NCBI GenBank assembly: GCA_002633005.1
Contig: NMRA01000010.1
Span: 209,846-273,845, forward strand
Length of the DNA: 64,000 bases
From: Phoronis australis
Taxonomy: Eukaryota > Animalia > Phoronida
Direction of reading: 5' to 3'
Shown: piece by piece, positions 49,001-61,000 of the stretch
How the letters are laid out: each line of letters opens with the position of its first letter
How positions within the stretch are numbered: position 1 is the stretch's first letter
Position numbers and translations under genes: made by a program
The notes under the pieces: model-generated
The model's database searches: none
What the model was told of the DNA's origin: nothing
What the model saw: only the letters and a program-made list of their open reading frames with translations

Positions 49001-52000
49001 GGTCCTTCATTATGTAAACATCACACTGACAACCTTGTGGGCATCCCAGGTGGAGACCAACTCATTTTATGCAGGGGGTGTGCAGCTTCTGAACTAGGCT
49101 TTAGATATCTATCATGTTATGTTTGTCCCTTAAAATGTCACCCCCCTCTTTCCGACACCACTGTTATCAAACATGATATTAACCAAAACTATTGGCTGGA
49201 ATTATTTCAGACAAATAGAATTGCCAAAATGCAATTTTTTTGTATTTTGCATAGACTGACTTCCTGATCACAAAATTTCACCAGCACAAATCATGTAAAC
49301 AGTGAAATAATTTGACCTTCATTTATTCTGGAGAAAGTTCAAAAAGTTGCGCACTTTATCAGTGACGATATATTGTAGTGTAAAGTGGCACCTCCTCTAC
49401 AAGTTACATGTAGGATGTGAACTGTCGAGTAGTTGCAGTAATGGCAAAGACTAAATACAGGAGAAATACAAAAGAAGATCCCATGAATCACGATGCAGGG
49501 CAAAAAAGCATAAGAGATACAGGAAAAATACATAAGACGCTTGCGCAATGCAACAGTAAATGGCAAAGGAGTTGTAGAGAAAAGCAATACACAGGATGGT
49601 CACATGACTTGAAGTACAGTATATGCAGACACTATAACCCAGAAATCTTAAAAATGCTGACAGTAACTGAAATTCATTGTTGCAGTAGCTGTCCGTCATG
49701 ACCGGGAATTCACCAGAAACCACACATTGTCAACTGAAGGAGAAAATACCAACAAATGCTAGTATTTTGCCACAATGATGACTCGTTACTGATTGCAGAG
49801 ACAGAAATTAACGGTCATGATGACAAAGAATGTGTGTCTGACTACTTTGACTGATGATAGAGGAGAATTATGGACTGAGGAAAGTCAGGAGAGATGTAAA
49901 GAGGGAGCATAAAGTCTTGTGCTGTACAGAATAGAATGGAAAGACAGTTCAACAACAGCTGCTACAGAAAATTTACATCATAAAGTCCACAAAGTGCACT
50001 TACTTATCTTCACTGGATAAACTATTGGAAAGAACAGAGTAAATGAGTCGACAGAACAATTTTTCATAAGGTAGACTGCAACGAATGAGGTTGCTTTGAA
50101 TAACCTAATCCTTAAAATTTCTGTGCACTTGTAAATATTAAATAGAATAAGCTTGAAATATGATCTTTTAATTCCAAGTTTTGCCTTCAGATGTCTCTAT
50201 TTCAAAGACTGATGGCATGATTTCCAAGTATGGACACATCCAAAACTTTGAGAGAAACAGGTTGTGCCGATTCCAAAATTATGGATTTAATTATTTTCAA
50301 ATAAACTGCGGCTGAATTATTCCCATTTTACCAGTTTTCCACCAGTGAACACATTTTTATTCTGCATTTTCTATTTGACATCCCTATTCTGGATTTTCTA
50401 TTTGACATTTGTATTACATGACTCCCATTGGGAGGGAAGGAGTAGCCATGAATAATTGTATTACATGACTCCCATTGGGAGGGAAGGAGTAGCCATGAAT
50501 AATTGTATTACATGACTCCCATTGGGAGGGAAGGAGTAGCCATGAATAATTGTATTACATGACTCCCATTGGGAGGGAAGGAGTAGCCATGAATAATTGT
50601 ATTACATGACTCCCATTGGGAGGGAAGGAGTAGCCATGAATAATTGTATTACATGACTCCCATTGGGAGGGAAGGAGTAGCCATGAATAATTGTATTACA
50701 TGACTCCCATTGGGAGGGAAGGAGTAGCCATGAATAATTGTATTACATGACTCCCATTGGGAGGGAAGGAGTAGCCATGAATAATTGTATTACATGACTC
50801 CCATTGGGAGGGAAGGAGTAGCCATGAATAATTGTATTACATGACTCCCATTGGGAGGGAAGGAGTAGCCATGAATAATTGTATTACATGACTCCCATTG
50901 GGAGGGAAGGAGTAGCCATGAATAATTGTATTACATGACTCCCATTGGGAGGGAAGGAGTAGCCATGAATAATTGTATTACATGACTCCCATTGGGAGGG
51001 AAGGAGTAGCCATGAATAATTGTATTACATGACTCCCATTGGGAGGGAAGGAGTAGCCATGAATAATTGTATTACATGACTCCCATTGGGAGGGAAGGAG
51101 TAGCCATGAATAATNGGTTTTTGAGCATCGGCAATGCAAGCCGAATATTTCATATTGAGAAAGCACATCTTTGAAAAGAAGAACCAACACTTGTTGGGAA
51201 CGGTCTTTGTGCGTCGACGACGCACATTTCTTATTGGGAAAGCCAGATTTTCAAAAATTAATCGCTCAGACCATTTGAGTCTCATTTACCTGCAATTATA
51301 CTGCTATCAAATGACCGAGCCAGCATTGTTGATACTACGACCGCTCATCGAAATAATGTACACCCACGAAATTCGGACACTAGCGGAAACCCAAATTTGG
51401 AGGTCCACCAAATTCGGACACCACAAAATGATATTTCGCGAGATTCGTCCAAGAATGAATTTTTTCTATTGGAATTAATTTTCAGTGTCCGAAAATCACG
51501 CGACTTTACCGTATGGACTGAGGAAAGTCAGGAGAGATGTAAAGAGGGAGCATAAAGTTTTGTGCTGTACAGAATAGAATGGAAAGACAGTTCAACAACA
51601 ACTGCTACAGAAAATTTACATCATAAAGTCCACAAAGTGCACTTACTTATCTTCACTGGATAAACTATTGGAAAGAACAGAGTAAATGAGTCGACACAGA
51701 ACAATTTTTCATAAGGTAGTCTGCAACGAATGAGGTTGTCTTCAATAACCTAATCCTTAAAATTTCTGTGCACATGTAAATATTAAATAGAATAAGCTTG
51801 AAATATCTTTTAATGCAAGTTTTGCCTTCAGATGTCTCTATTTCAAAGACTGATGGCATGATTTCCAAGTATGGACACGGCCAAAACTTTGAGAGAAACA
51901 GGTTGTGCCGATTCCAAAATTATGGATTTAATTATTTTCAAACAAACTACGGCTGAATTATTCCCATTTTACCAGTTTTCCACCAGTGAACACATTTTTA

Positions 52001-55000
52001 TTCTGCATTTTCTATTTGACATCCCTAGTCTGGATTTTCTATGTGACATTTGTATTACATGACTCCCATTGGGAGGGAAGGAGTAGACATGAATAATTGT
52101 TCACTTACTTTGTATACTGTTTTGTTGTTGGGAACACAACATCGACCTCCTCAGCATCTTCAGGCAAGATGTCAGCGCAAACAAATCGACCTGGTCCCTT
52201 ATCTTTGTCATGAATAACAATTGACCTCCCCACAACTGTAGCAAAAAGCAGAGAATGTGAACATCAAAATCCAAATTATGTAAAATGCTCAAAAAATATA
52301 CAGTGCAATCGCACACTTTCTGTTGTTTTAAAAATAAAGAAACTGCCAATGTGTGCTGCCACTCTGTCTTCTTGCATTAAGATAAACGCTATACTTTAAC
52401 TTTTTGTGGCATCTATCTGAGCTATGACACCAATCGGTTTTTTAAAAAATTGTCAAATACTGTTTGAACAGACCTGAAATGGAAATCATGTTTACAATGA
52501 TGCGAAACTTTCTCAGTAGTATTTTTAGACAAATTTTCACACACAAAAATCTTCAGCACATTTAAAGTGTCTTAAGTTGAAGACATACTGGCACGTGCCG
52601 CGTCACAACCTGTGACACTTTACAAGCGCCAAACCTAAGATATATAGGCATAAGTTTAATATACGAATACACTGGCACCGCAAACAAACTACAAGGGGTG
52701 CCAGAAATTTTGTGAAAATATCAGAACAGAGACAATTTAACTTATCACTTAACGCTGCAATTCATCCTGTTTAACAAGCTAACAACACGAAAATTCAGTG
52801 AGACCTTTTTACTCTAAAAAAATCTGCCTCGTAATATTTCTTACCATGTCAGGATTGCACTTCCATCACCAACTCAATTCACAACCAATGCCAACATGAG
52901 CTATTTTCAAATTTGAAATTTCAAAGATAGCCAATCCTAACAAATTCGAGTTGGAATTTTAGTGTTAGCTAACCCCTAGCAATTCACGTTGCTAATGATT
53001 TCGATGTTCTTGTTGATAACGGACGAAATCCTATTACGGTACGGGATATTATGAGTCAAACCAGTTTTACAAATAAGAGCAAAAGGATTAATTAAATTTT
53101 CGTTTTCGGCACGCTGAACAGGGTGAAATGCACATTTTACAGATCTAAAACCATGGGATAAATGGTGCCCATGTCTGTCGCTATAACAACCTGAGTATTT
53201 GCCAGTGAGAGGCAGATCTACATCATTCGTGAAGCCTGAGCCGGAGCCAATGTCAATGGTGAAATGTTTTCCTGACAGGTCACCGAGTTCGCAACGCAGA
53301 GGATTGGTTACCGAACAGTCACTCGCATAGGTACTCTGAAATATTCAAGATAACGAATATTGCTAGGTTTCTGCAGGTAGCTCACCCCGATGAGCCAGTT
53401 TTTCTTGAATACAAATGTGGCACATTTCAATAGATTTGTACAAGAACTGCTGGCATAATCAATTCTCCTTAGCAAGGCTATTGATCTAAGCTCCTCTTGT
53501 GTGAAGCAGGGCAATTATTGCGTTAGCGATGACTTTACAGCCTACCAATGAAACACTGACTGAAAAAATTGCAATATCACGCAGTGAAACAAGTTCCTTT
53601 TTAACTGTTTTTAAATTTGAATTCCTCGTGAAAAGTTAAGTAATGATCATTGTACTCCCAAGAAAAACGATAAAAAGAAGCAAAAACCAATGCAGTTGAA
53701 TTTGTTTCGTTGAACAGTAATTCAATCTGGACTTCAGAATATTCACGCCAGCAGTAAACACCACTACTGAATGTGTAACAATGTTCTCTATGTTTCTAAA
53801 CTTTTCTACTTATTATCAGTGACACCTGTTAGGATCAATTCCACGAAACAAGCCATTTTTTCCAAAGCAAACCAACTGACCTATCGCAAGCTCCACCCCC
53901 TTGCAAAAATTCGCATGACACCCGACAAACAAACAATAACTTTTATGTTGTTTGTCGGGTAAAATGGCGATTTGGAAACAAAGGTGTGTCAAGAATGCTG
54001 CATTCTGATTGTTCAGTTAAGCCATCACTCAAAATCCTGGCGATAGTTCAATTACGAATTGAAGCCTCCTGTTCCTTGAAATGGGCTTATTATAACCAAA
54101 AGTTATGACCTTGGATCTCGTTAACACGCCTAACATTAAGCCAACAATTTCCTTGTATTTTACAATCAAGTCTAAACTCCCATGCAGCACCACCAGTTTT
54201 GGTGCACATTTTTAGGGCTTTTTGATTTTTTTTAATATGATGCGTGAACATATTTCCTAATTTAACAGGATAAAACCATAGATGGCGTGGAGTACACTGC
54301 TCCTTTCAATGGAGAGATTCCGCCTGACCCAATACTGCAGCATGGGAAACTAGTACGAAAAAATCAAATGCCAAAACCTAAAGAGTACGAAACCTGACTA
54401 TTGCTAAATGTATTTACCTCTTTGGAAACCAGCAGTACAGTAATAACTCCAACTGTGGAACTACGTAAGACAACAGACTAAACATGTACGTACATCCACT
54501 TTGGCATGATACGGATTGAAGTGAGGTCCAGTAGAAGAACATCGGGACGTACTCGACGGTGAGCTGTCGTTACCCACTGGCGACACGTGAACATGCCAGT
54601 TGTGATTGGCCGACTGCAAGTGAAACAGAAGAGCATAACTTGAAACGGAGCTCCATGCAGTTTGGCAAAAAAACAGTCATTGTTTTTTGACATTGACTAA
54701 TTTATAGAATACTCCATATTCATCTAGAACACTCAAAATGCAGATTTACTTTAATTTTTGCAAAATTTTTAGGTAATTTTGTATTGAGTTTTTGTTACTA
54801 TAGTGTTAAAAATGTTAAATTTTACAATGACGTCATACTAAACAATATAATGAAAAAATAATTATTGGCGGTCTGGTACAATGTGTACCATTGTACCAGA
54901 CGTGCGCAGGCCGCTTAAGTGGGCTAATTGCACTAATCACCTGCAACCATTTCATGCTTTGTAAAGTTAAAACCAAGCTGTGGAGCTGGAGACCTGATTC

Positions 55001-58000
55001 AAGGGACTAGCAGTGTACCCTAGTGGGACTCGAACCCACCACTTTGAGCAAAGGAAATGACAATTATCCCACTAGGCCACACTGCCTCCTCCACTAAGCA
55101 ATAGGCAAACAACAATGAAGAACATGTGGAACTCCAATACCACAAAAACCTTGAGTCTACAAAAATGCTCAAGGGATATTACTGCATTGTGAGTATAGTG
55201 AGTTTTGAGTATCGCTGTGTAATCATGGACGACCCTATTCTCATGTGATGCTGCTTGAGCTAAATGGATCAAAAACTGAGTTGGTGAACCCTTATAGAAA
55301 AAACACTATAGGAGTCAAAATAAAACAAAATAAAACATAAATGGTGCTACTTTTTGTGCAAAAGTCAAACGTTTAATATTAATATGCTGCTGAGAAAAAC
55401 TCAGTATAACTCAAGCAGTTAAAAGATAATACTTGAACATCATGAAGTGAAATTAATCTGTTTTCAAACATATTTCAACCATGAAATTAGATGTGGCTTT
55501 TTATTAACCCATGTTTTTGAAGAGTTCCCTCAGTTTGGGAGGCTGGAACAAAAACTAATTTGGTAACTTTCACATTTTTGCAGACAGACATTTTCTAGAC
55601 TCAGACAAAGATCAAAACCATTTTAGTGAAGTGATATCCTACATACAGCAAGACCTCCTTCTACCCACACAATAAATACACAATGGCTGACTTAAGATAA
55701 ACACAATTATATCTTAGTTCAAACAGTCCTTGTGTTTGCCTAGTGAAAGGTAGGACAGGGAAGTTAGGCCAGCCCCTAGACAAAACATAACATGCCTTTA
55801 TCAGAGAGGGTTGTATGTTGTTATATTAATAATTATATCCCTTTAGGAGATAATTTGGACCCATGCCAGGGGCCATAATGTTCACTCTTTTGTAACCACC
55901 AGAAAGTAGCTTTTATTCCCTCCAAATATTAGCTGAGCAGTAGTACTAAAAAGATCCTTGTGGACAGCAATTGAACATTCTATTCAACACTCACACAGTA
56001 TGTTACATGACTATCAACAGTACCTGTCAACATTAGTGTAACTGTCAACATTAGTGTAACTATTAACATTAGAGTAGCAGTTAACATTTAGTGAACTGCA
56101 GTAGGCATTGCAGCTGATAACAGGTCACTGCAGAAACACAATAAAACAACAGGCAACAGGTCAAAATGCTGCCCATAATTCTGAATGGAAGATGAAACAC
56201 CAGAACATTATGTCCCTCAGTGTTTCACTTAATAAAAGAATGCCTTCGAAGTAAAGCAGTTTCATTGAAAACTGTTATAGCTTACAAAAACATTGCAAAA
56301 ATCCTCAAGCAACCCGTACACTTGATGAATATGAGCAGTAAAATTAAAGCACAGTAGCAATAGGTCTACAAACCATATTTCATGACAATGTATTTCCACT
56401 ATGTTTCACTGGTTTTGTCTTTGTCTTTGCCATTTTACACATAAGACGACACTTTCTTTATACCCATCTTTCCAGAGACTGGGTGTACTTTTGTATCATT
56501 TCCTTGTTATGGCATAATAAATAACCGTTTTTGCAAAGTTAACCAAATTCCCCTTTTTATTTCTGGAAATGGAGCATCGCTGCTGCACGGTCTGGTTCAT
56601 TAGGGGACATATGATAAACAAAAAAGTACTGTCTAACTTGTGATGGGGTCATAAAAGAAAAGATAGAGGATTAAATACCAAATCGGGACAACTTCCAACG
56701 TTTGTTAGCAAAATTTAAAAAATGAGCGACTATTAAACAATCAAAATAGCCATGTTTAACAGTAAAGAAAATTTCTTGGAAACACGACTCCTACTATGCC
56801 TTCAGATGACTACAATTTCAAAACTTTCTTCCACGTGGACACTTATACGCAAACATCTTGTCCTGGATTAGTTTGTTCCAGCTCAAAGTTGCCTTGTAAA
56901 CTGGGCATCAAAAGTTGTCTGCTCAAGCACTGGTACAAACCTTTGTGGTTGAATCGACATATTTGAGGTCATACTGTATGGATGTCTCAGTCATAGAACC
57001 ATCTGTGAAGACGTACTGTGCCTGAAATGTAACCAGGAAATCAGTTTGTACGGATGAACTCTCCTTAACGCTTCGCTAAAAGCCAAAAAAAGAACCATCC
57101 ATAACATCTGCGTATAACTAATACGTAGTTATGCACAGGATGACAACAATAGCATCAGACTATCGTGCCTCATGCTGACATTGTTAATCAATGACTTTGA
57201 CATCGTGGAATGGTTATACATACGCAGGCAGAGGGGACAAGCTCTTAGGTTTTATGCAGTCTAGCTCAAGGGTCAGTTTAATGAAAAGTGACCAAAAGCT
57301 CAAGTCAAAAGTTTTAATCTACACTGCCTCCCACTTCACAATTACTGAATATACTTTGCCAATTTTGTAATTTATCAATAATTCTTTAAATTTCTCTGAC
57401 CAACTAGCAATTTTGGGTACGTCCATGAGACCCTGTAATTTTGCTAAGGTGAGGAAAGCACAAGATGAAACTTCTGCCTTAAATTTCTGACCTTTAAGTC
57501 AGAAAGACTTAAAATCTTATCATCATGTTTACATTTATTGCATTCGGTAAACGAGTCATCCAAGGTGACTTCCTCACTACGCGAACACATATCCCTTTGC
57601 CCTTACCGACAAATAAGTAAATTAAATACGGCTAGTGCCATTTTAGCATCACTACTTGAGTGCCTAAAGTACCAAGAGCTTTTTTTGTTGCAATCGCCAT
57701 GGCTTCCTGTTGTGTTCTTGGCTGCACACTTTACAAGGAATCATATCAAGTAGTTTTATACTTTCCTGAAGGATCTGACAAGGCTAAAAGAATGTATCGC
57801 AAACACTCAGCAAGGAACTTTGGCAATTTACAAAATCTACGACAAACTCATAAATATTTTGTTCCCAGCCTTTTGTTGAATTGGCACCCAGAAATTGCTT
57901 ATCAAGGATATAGAACATACAAGTGGCAACCAAGGGGCAGTTTGCAGCCACCATTGGGCACAGACCAAACGATATTTTACGTAACACTGAAAGTAGCCAT

Positions 58001-61000
58001 TAAGAGATTATATTCTTCTGTTGAGCAGGGATTTCAAATAGTTTATTCCATCACGACCTCGTCTTTGTTTCAAGGAATATAGTTAGCATACTGTGTGTCC
58101 TTGAAAATGAACAAAATTAATGAGTTTTTGCAATGAATGTAATTGATAGCACAGCATCATTAAGCAATAATGCAAATTATATGATGATTAATATCTGGGA
58201 AAATGTTTGCACTCTGTACAGTCACACACTTATAATCGGACAAAATGGCCGCAAAATAGACATGGAGACGGCAGAGCACAAGCAGAATTCCATCTCATGA
58301 TGGTTCAGAGGAATCGGAATTCACCATCAGAGTCGCCAGAATGACCGTCCTAACAGTGAAATGGCAATTTGCACAACCCCTTTTGGCAGATAGCACCAGT
58401 ACTTTGTTGAATTGAGCCAGAAGCCACTTTTCAAAATATAGGACCCAATTAAACAGATAAAAACAAACCAAACCCATTACCAGTTTGATGTACCCTTTGA
58501 TTGGATCACTGTTGAAGTTGACTGAAGCCTGATACATTTCACCTGCAGCCATCATGGAAGTGTTGAGTGACAAGTTGGCACAAACCCAGCGCGATCCATC
58601 GGCATCTTTGTGGAACACGATCGACCTTCCCACAATGCTGTGCTGCCCAAACATAGGACTGTTCTCATCATAATAACTGTCTTTGAACGTGTTTTTCCCG
58701 CTCACTTTTCCAAATTTCCCGCTTAAATCACCAACTTCGTACTGATCCGATGTTCCACTACCAGGTGATGGGCTAGTTGAAGGGTCAACTTCAAATGGAT
58801 TGAAATGGCCACCAACACTCGAGGCTGAGCAAGGACTGCTGGATGGCATGGGGACAGGCTTGGAATGTATGTGGTAAGGTCCAGCAAGGCTTTGCAAGTT
58901 TTTCACATCAAGTAAGGTATTTGTGAAGTAGAAAGGGTGCTTTTTCATCATAGTCACATGTCCTGACAGGACAGAAGACCACTGATAAGCTGTGGCATAC
59001 TTGGGATTCAAGGGCAAAATATCAGCACAGGCTAGCCTTGATGCGCCCTTGTTTTCAGCATGAATAGTCAGAGATCTGCCAACAACAGTATTGGATCCAG
59101 TCAGTGGAAGGTTTATATCTGTGTAAAACTTTCGCTTCCAGTTTCCACGTGAATCACCTATGTTCAGGGTTCCACCTTTCATCGAGGAGTCGCCAAGTTC
59201 ACACCGATCGGGATAGAAAGGTGAGCAATCGACACTGTATGGAGCCGCCACGCTTACAAGCCACGGGTTGAAATGACCGCCTACAGAACTGCATCGTCCT
59301 GTGTCACTGTCCATGTCTGCACCAACAGGAGAAACATGAACATGGAAGTTATGTTCATTGGTGATTGTTGTTCCCGAGTGGTGACCTAGCACAGCGTAAA
59401 CCGTCGTCTCTCCAAATGGGTCTTCAGCATTCTGTTGAAAATATATCTGCCCTATGACAGGATATTTGAATGAAGCTACAGCAGTCTTAACCATGCTGTA
59501 GGGCAATGAGATTGTGGCACAAACCCATCTAGAGCCATCACCTTTGTGGATGACGACAGACCGACCCATGACACTGTTACCGAAATAAAGATTCATGTTC
59601 CAGTCAACGACACTGGAAAAGACAAAGTTATCCTTGCTTGCCATTGTGCCATATTTACCACTGAGGTCTCCAACTTCATACTGGTCGGGTGTTCCTACTC
59701 CCGGTGATGGGCTGGCATTGACGTCAACACCAAATGGGTTGAAATGTCCGCTGACTGACGCGCCACTACATACGCTGTCAGTCTTACTCAACCTTGGGGG
59801 GACTGGATATTCATGGATGTGATAACCTGACGCACTACTGCGTAAATTTTTTATATCGCCGCTGACTTCAACTGGGTCAAAAGGTGAATGCTGCCTAAAG
59901 TCCATGCTTCCTTTCACACCATCCATATCAAAGAGTGCTGTTGTATTTCTGCCTTTGAACACTTGAACATCCCCAATGGAGTCCTTTCCAGCAAGGGAAA
60001 CGACAAGTGAGTTGCCGTTAAGATCAGACACAGTTAACTTCGTATCCAGAAAGAATGTTCGGGCTGTTCCAGGCGTAGCAGCAATGGACAAATCACCGTG
60101 TGTCGCAGACAAGTCTCCGTTAGCAATAGTGCTACCGAGTGTGGTGCTGGATGCTTGGCCTGTCTTGATCATCCATTTGGCATCAGTCGAATTCACAGAC
60201 CTGCCATCCGTAAAGTACAGATCTGCCACAATGGTGAGCTCGGGTCCAGCCTGTCGGAAGAAGACGGTTCCACTTATGTATGTCATCATTCGCACCATTG
60301 CCGTTGGCGTGCTGGACTCCCGGGCTTCAATAGTAGCACATGATCTCCCCTCACTGTTCACAAGCAGAAGAGCACGTCCTGAAACACTGAATGCTATTAG
60401 TATGCAAGACATTTACAATTAGAATAGTTTTAAAGAAGTACACCATACTTTTTCTGTTTATAACCTTATTCCTTCTACCACAACCCACCAGTTGCATTCC
60501 ATAGAAGAGTACAGGGACTACAATGACTCCATGAACCGTAATTATGGTTATCCAGACATGGACCGAAATAAGCCCATAAATAGAATGGGCGACACAATAG
60601 ACATTAATATAATAATCAGATATTTGTGTTCCAAATACGGTCAGGCTTAGGTCCAGCATCACAATCACAAAGGGGCCAGACAGTGTAGGGGTGCCCGAGA
60701 GTTACCCGTGAATACAGCACTGCCAAAGTGGTTAAGCACTGAATACCAGACCTCCCCCTGGAAACCCTCTCCAGATCCACCCCACAAAACACATGTCACC
60801 TTCCATTTCTCCACGGCATATAGTCACTGTTACAGATGAGCAATATTTCATCATGATAAATGCTGTTGAAAATGAAATAAAATTTTCACATTTATTAAAT
60901 TTTTGATTCAATTAAAATTTAGATAAAATAAAATTTCACTTTTTGCTATGTTGTGTTCTAAATGGACAAATCTTGTTCCTAACGCTTGAACGTGATCCCT

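Noticed and set aside
50409-51114. CRISPR-like array (palindromic repeats)
   Set aside because: Units are head-to-tail with no unique spacers; eukaryotic intron; no cas genes.
58295-58480. Hydrophobic C-terminus of the 705-aa ORF as a TM anchor
   Set aside because: Intron read-through past donor CTG|GTAATG; the protein continues in the 57021 exon.
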